The notes: a model not told the origin generated them from the letters alone. 34,788 bases of DNA from Candidatus Vogelbacteria bacterium RIFOXYD1_FULL_44_32 (GCA_001823065.1 MHTJ01000002.1:119532-154319), one strand, 5' to 3'. Shown: positions 9,619 through 19,359, counted from the first letter of the stretch. Translations and numbers: made by a program.

Positions 9619-10722
9619 ATGAAAATAGAATGTCTAAAAAATAAATTACAAAAAGCAGTTTCATTAGTTGAAAGAGCTACTTCTCATAACTTATCATTAC
9701 CAGCTTTAAAAAACATTATTTTTAAAGCTGAAGGTTCTAATTTAATTATTAAGGCGACTAATTTGGAAATAGGGGTGGAAATAAATTTACCAGTTAAGGT
9801 AATAAAAGATGGTATAGTGGCTTGTAATCCAGCTATTTTATCTAGTTTTTTAACAAATATAAAAGATGAAGATAAAATAACTGCCGAATTAGAAAATGGT
9901 AATTTAATCATAACTACCCAATCAAATTCTACTCTAATTAAAAGTGAAGATTATGAAGATTTTCCAATTATTCCTAAAATAAACTCAAATAAACCAACTA
10001 TTATTAAAAGTAATGAATTAATATCTGGTATAAGGTCAGTTATATATTCCGCTGCAATATCTGATATTAAACCAGAAATATCAAGTGTTTATATTTACAG
10101 TAAAGAGGATAAATTATATTTTGTGGCCACTGATTCATTTAGATTAGCTGAAAAGAATTTTTTAACCAATCGTAAGCCAGATGGTTTGTTACCACTTATT
10201 ATTCCCTTTAAAAATGCCGCGGAAATAGTTAGGGTTTTTGAAAATGAAGATGTTGAGGTGGAAATACATTCTGATAATAATCAATTGTCTTTGATTGGGG
10301 GGAGTATTCATATAACCTCCCGTCTGATCGATGGTGTTTATCCTGATTATAATCAAATAATGCCTAAAAGTTTTACCACTACAACTTCTATTTTAAAAGA
10401 AGATTTAAGCCAGGCTTTAAAAGTGTCTAATATTTTTTCTGGTAAATACCATCAAATTAAAATAGATTTGATTCCAGATAAAAAACAAATAGTTATATAT
10501 TCGGAAGCGGCTGATGTTGGTAAAAATACAACTATTATTAAAGCTAATATAGAGGGGCCGGCTTTCTCGGCCAATTATAATGCCCGTTATATTTTGGAGG
10601 CATTTCAATCGATTAACTTTAGTGAAATCATGATTGGGGCCAATGAATCAAATAAGCCAATGGTAGTAAAGGGTAAAGGCGACAGCACTTTTACTTATAT
10701 AGTTATGCCAGTAAATAGATAA
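9619..10722 (+). CDS. dnaN: DNA polymerase III beta sliding clamp
   Basis: ATNLEIG, VATDSFRLAEK, SRLIDGVYPDY, C-terminal YIVMPV. Confidence 0.98.
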   Translation: MKIECLKNKLQKAVSLVERATSHNLSLPALKNIIFKAEGSNLIIKATNLEIGVEINLPVKVIKDGIVACNPAILSSFLTNIKDEDKITAELENGNLIITTQSNSTLIKSEDYEDFPIIPKINSNKPTIIKSNELISGIRSVIYSAAISDIKPEISSVYIYSKEDKLYFVATDSFRLAEKNFLTNRKPDGLLPLIIPFKNAAEIVRVFENEDVEVEIHSDNNQLSLIGGSIHITSRLIDGVYPDYNQIMPKSFTTTTSILKEDLSQALKVSNIFSGKYHQIKIDLIPDKKQIVIYSEAADVGKNTTIIKANIEGPAFSANYNARYILEAFQSINFSEIMIGANESNKPMVVKGKGDSTFTYIVMPVNR

Positions 10723-10725
10723 TAA

Positions 10726-10983
10726 ATGAATAATTTAGGAGGTATATTTGATAAATATATCAAATTATTAGATAGTCTAAGTAAACAAAAAGTAATTATT
10801 AAAGAAGTAATTACTCAGATTGCTGGTTGTGAAATTAATGAAAGTGATATTAAAATTAAAAAAAATATTGTATATATAAAAACCAATCAATCAAATAAAG
10901 CCCTTATTTTTATAGCTAAAACAAAAATTCTCCAATCTTTGACAGAAAAATTAGAGAATTTTTTAGTAATTGATATTCGTTAA
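10726..10983 (+). CDS. Small protein, probable divergent DciA/DUF721-like helicase loader
   Basis: Starts 3 nt after dnaN. Helix-G-strand-strand-helix-helix-strand pattern ending VIDIR, as in the DciA KH-like domain. Confidence 0.5.
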   Translation: MNNLGGIFDKYIKLLDSLSKQKVIIKEVITQIAGCEINESDIKIKKNIVYIKTNQSNKALIFIAKTKILQSLTEKLENFLVIDIR

Positions 10984-10986
10984 TAA

Positions 10987-13404
10987 TTATTTTTTGATTT
11001 TTAGTGTGGTTGTATCTTCAATTAAATTATTATCACGATCAGAAGCTATTACTTTAATAATATTTTCTTCTCTAATATCCGCCATTTCTGATGGATAAAA
11101 ACTAAACCGATATGGTTTTTTAGTAACTAAGCCAAGATAATTATCATTTAAATAAAATTTAGCTTCTTTAACACCACTAAATTTTTCTAAAGTTATAGTG
11201 ATCTCATCGCTTATGTCGTACCGATGGTTTAGCTTTTTTATGGCAATATCTAATTGACCAGCTTCGGCTTGATTATCGGTTGAGTTGTCTGTGGTGGTGT
11301 TGATTGATAATCCAGTTTGGCCAGCCCAGGCGAGGACGGCTGTTTCCCAGTTGTTGAATTGAGCATCAGCCCTTGGATTGGCAGGAGCGGGGCCACGAGG
11401 ATTGTCTTTATCAACATAATAAAGGATAGAGTGGATACTGCCACCAGCGTCAAAGACCGAGCCACTGCCACCCTGCCAAGAACCACGGAGAACTGGCTTT
11501 ACATCAGCTGGGGTTGGTTCAGGGGCGATAAAATATTCCACTGGCTGGTCGGCTAAGTACTCTTTCATAAAAGCGTTCCATAGGGGGGCGACAATAATAC
11601 CCGCCACTCGTTTGTCCATTGGGGTGTTGTTATTGTTTCCCACCCAGGCTCCAACTGTGACACTTGGGGTATACCCAATTATCCAACCATCACGGTAATC
11701 ATTGGTTGTACCAGTTTTAACACCAACTTGGCGGCCGGGAATATTAAGTGGTGAATTGGCGCCAAAAATAGGTGAGCGGGCGACATTGTCAGCTAGGATA
11801 TTAGAGATCATTCTAGCGGTATTGGGCGGTAAAACTTGGTCACTATTATCCTCAAATTTTTGTAGTATTTTGCGGTCACGATCACGTACTTCCAAAATTG
11901 CTTCTTTAGGGTTTAGCACCCCATCGTTGGCAAACACACTATAAGCATTGGTCATATCTAGCAAGGTTACCTCACCGCCACCAAGGACTAAAGTTAAACC
12001 ATACCGGCGATAATCTTCTAAAGTGGTAATACCCATTTTACGAGCGGTATCAAAGGAATCTTTAATTCCAGCTAAATATAAAGCTTTAACTGCTGGAATA
12101 TTGCGCGACTGGGCCAAGGCGTTGCGGAAAGTAATAGGTCCCGCATAGGTGCCGTCGTAGTTTATTGGGGCGTAACAATTTGTCCCTGCGTGATTGGGGC
12201 TACAACTAGAGTTAAACTCGGTGGGAACATCAAAAACAACAGTATCAGCGGTATAACCTTCATTAAAGGCGGTGGCATAAACAAAGGGTTTAAAGGCTGA
12301 TCCTGGCTGACGTCTAGCGGTGGTAATATTGAAGTTGCCTTCGTGCTCCATATCAAAATAATCAATAGAACCAACCATGGCTAATATTTGGCCGTTTTTA
12401 GGGTCCATTACGACCATACCAGCGTTGCCGGCGTTGTAGTTGGCTCTATTTTGTTCACCAAAACGTTTGACCACTTCTTCAGCCTTTTGTTGGGTTTCCC
12501 AGTCTAGAGTGGTAATTACCCTCAAACCTTCGTTTAACACCTCTTCTTTACCATATTTTTCTTCCAATTGGTCTAAAACATAAAAAACAAAGTGGGGCGC
12601 TTTGATACTGCGATTGTCGGGTTTGGCAAATAAAACCTTGTCTTTAAGCGCCTCCTCGTACTCGGCTTTGGTAATAAATTTTTGTTCCAACATCCGTTTT
12701 AAGACCAAATTTTTCCTTTCTTCTAGTTTGTCTTGGTGATTACCATAAGGTGAAAGGTAGCTAGGGGCTTGGGGTAAAGCAGCCAAATAAGCCGCTTCGG
12801 CTAAACTTATATCTTTAGCTGATTTACCAAAAAAAGCTTTAGCTGCTTCTTCAATACCATATAAAGTGCCACCATAAGGTATTTCGTTGAGGTAAAGCTC
12901 TAAAATTTGTTTTTTGGTCAGTTTCCTTTCAATTTTGATGGCTAAAATCCATTCTTTAATTTTACGCGTAATTTTTTTATCTTGAGTTAAGAGAGTGTTT
13001 TTTATCACCTGCTGAGTGATAGTCGAACCGCCTTGCTCGAGACGACCGGTGTTAATATTAACGACCACGGCTCGGACGATCGCCAGTGGTTCAACCCCAT
13101 AGTGGTTATAGAAATTAGAGTCTTCAATAGCAATGGAAGCATTTTCCGCTTGATCAGATATTTGAGTCAAAGGGACCACTGTTCGTCTAATTTGGTCGTG
13201 GGCATTGTAAAGCAAGACTTTCCCTGTCCGGTCATATAGTTTGGTTGATTCGGCCACAATCCGGTTTTCATAAGAGTCAAAGTCGGGGATACGGAGGGTG
13301 AGAAGCCATAAAATAATAATACTACCACTAATAAGAGCGGCGATAACGACCATTTGGGTAAATTGTTTGAACCAGGGTTTAAAGTGCACCATTGTTTTTT
13401 TCAT
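10987..13404 (-). CDS. Bifunctional penicillin-binding protein (class A, PBP1A family) with C-terminal Ig-like domain
   Basis: Transglycosylase motifs IEDSNFY, GGSTITQQ, RKIKE. Transpeptidase motifs SAFK, SRN, KTG. Confidence 0.95.
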   Translation of the reverse strand: MKKTMVHFKPWFKQFTQMVVIAALISGSIIILWLLTLRIPDFDSYENRIVAESTKLYDRTGKVLLYNAHDQIRRTVVPLTQISDQAENASIAIEDSNFYNHYGVEPLAIVRAVVVNINTGRLEQGGSTITQQVIKNTLLTQDKKITRKIKEWILAIKIERKLTKKQILELYLNEIPYGGTLYGIEEAAKAFFGKSAKDISLAEAAYLAALPQAPSYLSPYGNHQDKLEERKNLVLKRMLEQKFITKAEYEEALKDKVLFAKPDNRSIKAPHFVFYVLDQLEEKYGKEEVLNEGLRVITTLDWETQQKAEEVVKRFGEQNRANYNAGNAGMVVMDPKNGQILAMVGSIDYFDMEHEGNFNITTARRQPGSAFKPFVYATAFNEGYTADTVVFDVPTEFNSSCSPNHAGTNCYAPINYDGTYAGPITFRNALAQSRNIPAVKALYLAGIKDSFDTARKMGITTLEDYRRYGLTLVLGGGEVTLLDMTNAYSVFANDGVLNPKEAILEVRDRDRKILQKFEDNSDQVLPPNTARMISNILADNVARSPIFGANSPLNIPGRQVGVKTGTTNDYRDGWIIGYTPSVTVGAWVGNNNNTPMDKRVAGIIVAPLWNAFMKEYLADQPVEYFIAPEPTPADVKPVLRGSWQGGSGSVFDAGGSIHSILYYVDKDNPRGPAPANPRADAQFNNWETAVLAWAGQTGLSINTTTDNSTDNQAEAGQLDIAIKKLNHRYDISDEITITLEKFSGVKEAKFYLNDNYLGLVTKKPYRFSFYPSEMADIREENIIKVIASDRDNNLIEDTTTLKIKK

Positions 13405-13467
13405 ATGTCTATACTAACACAAGGTTTAGTGGAAAAAAAGCCTAATTCATGATATCTTTCACATAAC

Positions 13468-14640
13468 ATGTCTGGTCAAAATAAATTTAGTGACAAACTA
13501 TTTGAACGCGGAGTTGAGCAGATTTACCCTTCGCGGGAGGAATTGGACAAGTTTTTAGCCGAGGGAAATAAGTTAAAAATATTTTACGGCATTGATCCAA
13601 CCGGCTCAACATTACACATTGGCCATGGTTCTAACCTCCTGCGGTTAAAGGCCCTCCAAGAGGCTGGTCACGAAATAACTATTTTATACGGCGATTTTAC
13701 CGCCATGATTGGCGACCCTACTGACAAATTATCGGCCCGAAAAAAACTTTTACCAGAGCAAATTAAAGAAAACTATGCGTCTTACCGCGACCAAATTGGC
13801 CGAATTTTAGATTTAAAAAAAACCAAATTTACTTTTAATAAAGATTGGTTGGGTTCAATGTCTTTTGCTGAGGTGGTGGAGATAGCTTCTGAATTTACGG
13901 TGGGACAAATGATTGAGCGTGATATGTTTCAAGAACGAATCAAAAATGGTGAGCCTATTTATATTCATGAATTTTTATATCCCCTGATGCAGGGTTATGA
14001 TTCGGTAATGATGGATATAAACGCCGAAATGGGGGCCAGTGACCAGATTTTTAATATGCTAGCTGGTCGGACAATGATGAAGCGTCGTGGTCGAGAGAAA
14101 TTTGTCATTGCCAATAAACTTTTAGTTGACCCAACGGGCAAAAAAATGGGTAAGTCCGAGGGTAATATGGTGGCTTTGTCTGATGATCCAAAGGATATGT
14201 ACGGTAAAGTGATGAGTTGGCCAGACTCACTGATGCCTTTGGCGTTTGAGATTTGTACTGAGTTGCCAGCTTTAATGGTGGCTGAAATTCTAGCTGGTAA
14301 CCCTCGTGATGCCAAAATGCGTTTAGCTAAAGAAATTGTCTCTATTTTTGCTTCACCAGAAGAGGCCGAACACGCGGAAGCTGATTTTATTTCCAAATTC
14401 CAAGATAAAGAGATTCCTGATGATATTCCGGAAATTGGAGCCACTAAAAATATGTTATTGCGCGATATTTTAGTGACAGCCGAAGCGGTGTCCTCTAATT
14501 CCGATTTTCGCCGGCTGGTAGAGGGTGGTGGGGTTACTATTTTACCAGATACCAAAGTTGTTGATGTTGATTTAAAAGTGACGAACGAAATGGTGGTTAA
14601 GGTTGGTAAAAAGAAGTTTTTTAAAATTACTCTTAATTAG
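13468..14640 (+). CDS. tyrS: Tyrosine-tRNA ligase
   Basis: YGIDPT..LHIGH, YPLMQGYD, KMGKS, C-terminal S4-like domain. Confidence 0.97.
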   Translation: MSGQNKFSDKLFERGVEQIYPSREELDKFLAEGNKLKIFYGIDPTGSTLHIGHGSNLLRLKALQEAGHEITILYGDFTAMIGDPTDKLSARKKLLPEQIKENYASYRDQIGRILDLKKTKFTFNKDWLGSMSFAEVVEIASEFTVGQMIERDMFQERIKNGEPIYIHEFLYPLMQGYDSVMMDINAEMGASDQIFNMLAGRTMMKRRGREKFVIANKLLVDPTGKKMGKSEGNMVALSDDPKDMYGKVMSWPDSLMPLAFEICTELPALMVAEILAGNPRDAKMRLAKEIVSIFASPEEAEHAEADFISKFQDKEIPDDIPEIGATKNMLLRDILVTAEAVSSNSDFRRLVEGGGVTILPDTKVVDVDLKVTNEMVVKVGKKKFFKITLN

Positions 14641-14655
14641 ATTTTAAAAATACAA

Positions 14656-14679
14656 AGCCGTGCCCTTTAGGGCACGGCT
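14656..14679. terminator. Intrinsic terminator hairpin between convergent genes
   Basis: AGCCGTGCCCT-TT-AGGGCACGGCT followed by T-rich sequence. Confidence 0.75.
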
Positions 14680-14712
14680 GTCTATTTTGTTTTTTAAAAC
14701 TCCAACAATCTA

Positions 14713-14922
14713 CTAGGCCTCAAACTCGTCTTCTAGCCCTTCAATATCGGCTACATATTCTTCATCGTCATCTAGTTTTTCTTCATCCTCTTCGTCTACA
14801 ATACCACTGGGAACCATTACCTCTTCACCTACAATCAGATCATCCACAACCAGATCATCCACAATCGGATCATCTAAAAGTTCCTCAGCGTTGGTATTTC
14901 CAAGTATAGGATCTTCGTTCAT
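14713..14922 (-). CDS. Small, extremely acidic hypothetical protein
   Basis: 29 of 69 residues are D/E with a single Lys. Co-oriented downstream of ruvC. Confidence 0.7.
   Translation of the reverse strand: MNEDPILGNTNAEELLDDPIVDDLVVDDLIVGEEVMVPSGIVDEEDEEKLDDDEEYVADIEGLEDEFEA
14831..14875. repeat. 3 x 15-nt in-frame tandem repeat
   Basis: ACAATCAGATCATCC / ACAACCAGATCATCC / ACAATCGGATCATCT, encoding DDPIV-DDLVV-DDLIV on the minus strand. Confidence 0.85.
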
Positions 14923-15025
14923 GTCTTTTAAAAATCTAAATCTTTTAATTTGTTAAATCATCGCTTTTAGCGTTTGATTTTTTATGTTGTAACAAATGTC
15001 GTCTCCGAGCGCAACTTTAGTTTAA

Positions 15026-15526
15026 TTAAAGTGTGGATAAAAGTGATTTCCGCTTATCAATACCGGTTAGGCCAGCGAGGGCAATAACAATTGCATCAAA
15101 CTCGTCGTCATATTTTATTGATTCAGGTATTTTAATCAACAGCTTGGCCATAGCTGTTACCTGGTCCTTGTTGGCCAGACCATAACCAGTGACCGCTAAT
15201 TTGATTTGGGGTGGGGTAAATTCAGTCACTGGTATCTGGTTTTTACCAGCCAAAAATAAAATCATTCCTCGCACCTCGGCAACACGCATGGCAGTTTTTT
15301 GGTTTTTAGTAATAAATAAATTTTCGATGGCTAAAATATCAACTGGATATTTATTTAAAATTTTTTCGATGGCTTGACCCAGGGTGGCTAGTCGAACCGG
15401 GAAGGTTTCATTTTTTGGCGAAGATAAACACCCACTCTCGAGCAACTCTTCTTTGGTGCCAACTTCCTTTTGTACTAGGGCGTAGCCCAGCCGATCATAT
15501 CCAGGGTCAATACCAAGTATGGTCAT
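15026..15526 (-). CDS. ruvC: Holliday junction resolvase RuvC
   Basis: ILGIDPG, LAIE, IKLAVTGYGLANKDQV, DDEFDA. Confidence 0.96.
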   Translation of the reverse strand: MTILGIDPGYDRLGYALVQKEVGTKEELLESGCLSSPKNETFPVRLATLGQAIEKILNKYPVDILAIENLFITKNQKTAMRVAEVRGMILFLAGKNQIPVTEFTPPQIKLAVTGYGLANKDQVTAMAKLLIKIPESIKYDDEFDAIVIALAGLTGIDKRKSLLSTL

Positions 15527-15541
15527 TTTAAAAATATGATT

Positions 15542-16075
15542 TTAAAATTCAGCATTAGTAAATACGTTTTTTATATCTTCTTGGTCAAGAATAATATCAA
15601 TCAGGGCCGCCACTTTTTCTTTATCACTATCAGCTAGGGGTAATAGAATTTGCGGTACCCATTCATCACCACTTTTCTTAAAGGCCCAAATAGCCGAACC
15701 AGTTGTACCCAAACTACCACCGTTTTCTACTAGAAGGTGCTTTATAACTGGTGTTGTGCGATTTTTGTTATTGGTAATACCTTCAATAACCAAAGCCACA
15801 CCACTGGGGCCATAGGCTTCATAGAGTACCTCTTCTAAATCGGCCCCACCACCACTTTTACCTTTCTCGACTGCGCGAGCAATGTTGTCCGCCGGCATGT
15901 TAACAGCTTTAGCCCGGTCAATAGCCGCTCTTAAAGCCGGCGAGTTGGTGTCACCACTGGCGCGCTTAGACTCCATTGTAATAGTCCGCACGTGCAGAGA
16001 AAAAACTTTGCTTTTGCGCGCATCCTCAACTGCTTTTTTATTTTTTATTTTTGACCATTTATTATGTCCAGACAT
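15542..16075 (-). CDS. yebC: YebC/PmpR family protein, short form
   Basis: MSGHNKWSKIK, YEAYGPSG, TNNKNRT, C-terminal VFTN. Located between ruvB and ruvC. Confidence 0.93.
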   Translation of the reverse strand: MSGHNKWSKIKNKKAVEDARKSKVFSLHVRTITMESKRASGDTNSPALRAAIDRAKAVNMPADNIARAVEKGKSGGGADLEEVLYEAYGPSGVALVIEGITNNKNRTTPVIKHLLVENGGSLGTTGSAIWAFKKSGDEWVPQILLPLADSDKEKVAALIDIILDQEDIKNVFTNAEF

Positions 16076-16102
16076 GGTAAAATATTTTGCTAACCAATAA
16101 TT

Positions 16103-17137
16103 TTAAATTAATTTATTTTGTCTATTGGTAGGTATCTTTTGGCCTAAATGCTCATAACCCTGGTCGGTTAGGACTCGACCACGGGGGGTTCTTTCAATAA
16201 ATCCACATTGAATCAGATAGGGTTCATAAACTTCTTCGACGGTGGCTTCTTCTTCCGACATGGCCGTAGCGACAGTGGAAAGTCCCACCGGGCCACCTTT
16301 AAATTTATTAGCAATTATTTCCAAAACAGCTCGGTCAGCCCCCGACAGACCCAAAGCATCGATCCCAAGCAGGGTTAGAGCCTTGGTCACTGTTTCTTGG
16401 TTTAAAGGTAGGTTGGCCACCTCGGCATAATCACGAGCTCGCTTTAATAGGTGGTTAGCGGTGCGTGGAGTAAATCGACTACGTTTGGCAATTTCGGTGA
16501 CCGCCCCGTCTTCAATTTCAATATTTAATATTTTAGCTGAACGTTTAATAATTTCACCGATTTCTGGTTCCGAATAAAATTCCAGACGGTGGGTACCACC
16601 AGAAAAGCGAGACCGAAGGGGGGAGGATAAAAGAGCAATTCGGGTAGTGGCGGCAATGAGGGTAAAAGGGGGAAGCTCTAGTTGGATCACTCGCGCCCCC
16701 GGCCCTTTGCCAATAATAATATTTAAACTACCTTGTTCCATGGCGGGGTACAAAACCTCCTCAATCATTTTGTTGAGGCGGTGAATTTCGTCAATAAACA
16801 GTACATCACCTGGTTCAAGGTTGGTAATAATCGACGCTAGGTCGCCAACCTTTTCTATGGCTGGTCCCGAGGTGGCCTTAATCTGGGCCCCTAGTTCGCT
16901 GGCAATAAGATAGGCTAGGGTGGTTTTACCTAGGCCGGGTGGACCATAAAAAAGTAAGTGTTCTGGGGGGTGGTTACGACCTTTGGCGGCCCCCAGAAGT
17001 ATTTTCAGGTTATCTTTAATGTTTTTTTGACCAATATATTCTTCCCACACCAGTGGCCGTAAGGCTTTATCAAGAAAAGCATCTCCTTTTAAGGGGTTTA
17101 CTGAGTTTTTGGTTGATAAGGGGGTATTACTTGACAT
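16103..17137 (-). CDS. ruvB: Holliday junction branch migration helicase RuvB
   Basis: LRP..EYIGQ, GPPGLGKTT, DEIHR, EEVLYPAME, ERTPRGR. Confidence 0.98.
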   Translation of the reverse strand: MSSNTPLSTKNSVNPLKGDAFLDKALRPLVWEEYIGQKNIKDNLKILLGAAKGRNHPPEHLLFYGPPGLGKTTLAYLIASELGAQIKATSGPAIEKVGDLASIITNLEPGDVLFIDEIHRLNKMIEEVLYPAMEQGSLNIIIGKGPGARVIQLELPPFTLIAATTRIALLSSPLRSRFSGGTHRLEFYSEPEIGEIIKRSAKILNIEIEDGAVTEIAKRSRFTPRTANHLLKRARDYAEVANLPLNQETVTKALTLLGIDALGLSGADRAVLEIIANKFKGGPVGLSTVATAMSEEEATVEEVYEPYLIQCGFIERTPRGRVLTDQGYEHLGQKIPTNRQNKLI

Positions 17138-17282
17138 ATTTCCAAGTTTATGCTAACATCATAAAAGTAAGCAAAAAAGGTGTTGGGGTATTTACTACCA
17201 CTCACCATGCCTATATAATAGCATCTTCATATCCTGGTGCCGATTTTAAAGAGGGGGCCAGGTTTTGACTCAAAATTGACAG

Positions 17283-17482
17283 TATCGAGAACATAAACCT
17301 CCAAGCAATTTAAGTCGTTCCGGCTTAACGGGTTTATTGAAAAGGACGTTTTGGTACTACTACTTGTAGTAGGTGTCTGGAGCTATCCTTGCCAATTTAC
17401 CTAACTTTATTTGCATAAATAAAGAGATTACTTGGAGGTTTATATTCTTGATGACAATGGGCTCGCCGAATGGCGGGTTTTT
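17283..17482 (+). ncRNA. Candidate structured ncRNA (6S-RNA-like rod / four-way junction)
   Basis: 27-bp closing stem 17283-17309 / 17427-17453, side hairpins 17310-28 and 17405-24, long central arm. Plus-strand terminator and upstream plus-strand promoters. No credible ORF. Confidence 0.6.
17461..17482 (+). terminator. Intrinsic terminator
   Basis: GCTCGCC-GAAT-GGCGGGT followed by a T run on the + strand. Confidence 0.75.
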
Positions 17483-17489
17483 TGTTGTT

Positions 17490-19187
17490 CTAAATTATTT
17501 CTTCGTATAAATCTATCACCCGAGATAATTCTCGAAGAGAGGTGGACCCTTCTAATACTTTTACAATACCATCTTGGCGCATGTCTAATATCCCTTGGGG
17601 AATAGAAGCGAGCCGTAGATCACGTTCATTGGGATTTAAGACCGAGGCCTTGGCAATAGAGTCATCCATCACAATTGCTTCGAATATACCCTGGCGACCT
17701 TTATAACCAGTGTTATTACATTTTTCACATTTGCCTGGCCCCCAGGTTTTAACTGTTTGGGGGGGGACATAGTCTGGGCGACGTTTTTTTATACTGGCAA
17801 TCACTGCTAAAATATGTTCTTTATCCTGTCCAGTCAGATTTTCCTCCACCTTACAAACAGGGCAGAGCTTGCGCACTAGTCGTTGAGCGATCGACAAAGT
17901 GAGGGCCGAGCTAATGATTTTAGCGTTCACCCCAAGGTCGATTAGGCGAGGAATGGCGCCAGCAGCGTTGTTGGTGTGTAAGGTGGAAAATACCAAGTGG
18001 CCAGTCAGAGCCGAGTTAATCGCAATTTTAGCTGTTTCGGAATCACGGATTTCGCCCACCATAATAACATCAGGATCTTGGCGGAGGGCACTACGGAGGC
18101 CAGATAGGAAAGTATAACCTTTGGCGCGATTGACCTGAGTCTGGTTTATCCCTTTTAGGTGATACTCGATCGGGTCTTCAATAGTGATAATTTTAGACTC
18201 AGTGGAATTTACCTCGCGCAAAAACGAGTAGAGGGTGGTGGTTTTACCGGAACCAGTCGGGCCAGTGAGGAGGACGAGGCCATTGGGCTTGTGAATTTCC
18301 CGGGAAAATATTTCATACAAATCGGTAGGAATACCCAAATTGTTGAAAGTGGTCTCGATGCTTTTAGGGTTTAGCACCCGCATCACAATAGACTCACCGT
18401 AGGCGCCCGGAATAACTGAAGTCCGGATTTCGATATCAACGTCAGAACCAGCATTAATCGAAAAACGGCCATCTTGCGCTGATTGTTTGACGTTCAGTTT
18501 AAGGCCAGACACCAGTTTAAGCCGAGACAAAATTGGGCGATAAATTTTTGGGTCGAAGTCTACCACATCCTGGAGGACACCATCGATTCGATAACGCAAG
18601 CGGATGTCAGTTTCCTCTGGTTCAATGTGCACATCAGAAGCTTCTAGGGCAAGCGCTCCTGAGAGGATAATTTCAAGAATAGTAGAGATGCCACCTTCCT
18701 TTGATACTCGTATGCTTTCACTTAAAATCATCACTCTGACATCTTCTAACTTCTTAAAATCCTTGAGAAAAGCCGCGATGTGTTCATTAGAAATATCAAT
18801 CATACCCGCCTCGGTTTTTTTGGTGGCTAAAACTTCTGAATATCTTTCCCAAGCCCAGTCTAGACTGGCTTGTGAGACGATATATAAAGTGACAGTAAAG
18901 TTTTTTTGTTCCAAATCGGCAATAATGTCTTTCAATTTATCGTTATTGGGTGACAAAATACCCAAAGAAAGTTTTTTACCGATTGTGCGAAAGGCCACCA
19001 GATTGGCTGCTTTAGACTCGGCTTCTGGCACAAGACGTAAGGCATCAGCATTGATCGAAGTTTTTGAAAGATCAGCATATGGTAGTTGGTAGCGCCCAGA
19101 CAGCACCTGAGCTAACTCTTCAGCTTCTTGGTAGTGAAGTTCATCTAGACGTTTTTCTTGTTTTTCTTCATCGAAGATAAGTGTCAT
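17490..19187 (-). CDS. pilB: Type IV pilus assembly / T2SS ATPase (PilB/GspE family)
   Basis: ASDVHIEP, RIDG, QDGR, GPTGSGKTTT, EDPIEY, LRQDPD, tetracysteine motif CPVC..CEKC. Confidence 0.92.
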   Translation of the reverse strand: MTLIFDEEKQEKRLDELHYQEAEELAQVLSGRYQLPYADLSKTSINADALRLVPEAESKAANLVAFRTIGKKLSLGILSPNNDKLKDIIADLEQKNFTVTLYIVSQASLDWAWERYSEVLATKKTEAGMIDISNEHIAAFLKDFKKLEDVRVMILSESIRVSKEGGISTILEIILSGALALEASDVHIEPEETDIRLRYRIDGVLQDVVDFDPKIYRPILSRLKLVSGLKLNVKQSAQDGRFSINAGSDVDIEIRTSVIPGAYGESIVMRVLNPKSIETTFNNLGIPTDLYEIFSREIHKPNGLVLLTGPTGSGKTTTLYSFLREVNSTESKIITIEDPIEYHLKGINQTQVNRAKGYTFLSGLRSALRQDPDVIMVGEIRDSETAKIAINSALTGHLVFSTLHTNNAAGAIPRLIDLGVNAKIISSALTLSIAQRLVRKLCPVCKVEENLTGQDKEHILAVIASIKKRRPDYVPPQTVKTWGPGKCEKCNNTGYKGRQGIFEAIVMDDSIAKASVLNPNERDLRLASIPQGILDMRQDGIVKVLEGSTSLRELSRVIDLYEEII

Positions 19188-19359
19188 TAGTATTTATTGT
19201 ACCTTTGAATAAAGTTAAAAACAATTTTTTCAATTACTTTTTTGCAACTAATTAAATTACTAACAATGGTTTTCAATCGGTGCAAACATTTAACTGTGTA
19301 CAAGTTTTTTTAAGCTCTAAAAATAAAGATTAAATAAAAATGGGGGAGTAATACGTGCC

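Noticed and set aside
17053-17268. 71-aa plus-strand ORF
   Set aside because: It overlaps the ruvB start on the opposite strand and spans promoter elements, with no protein-like features.
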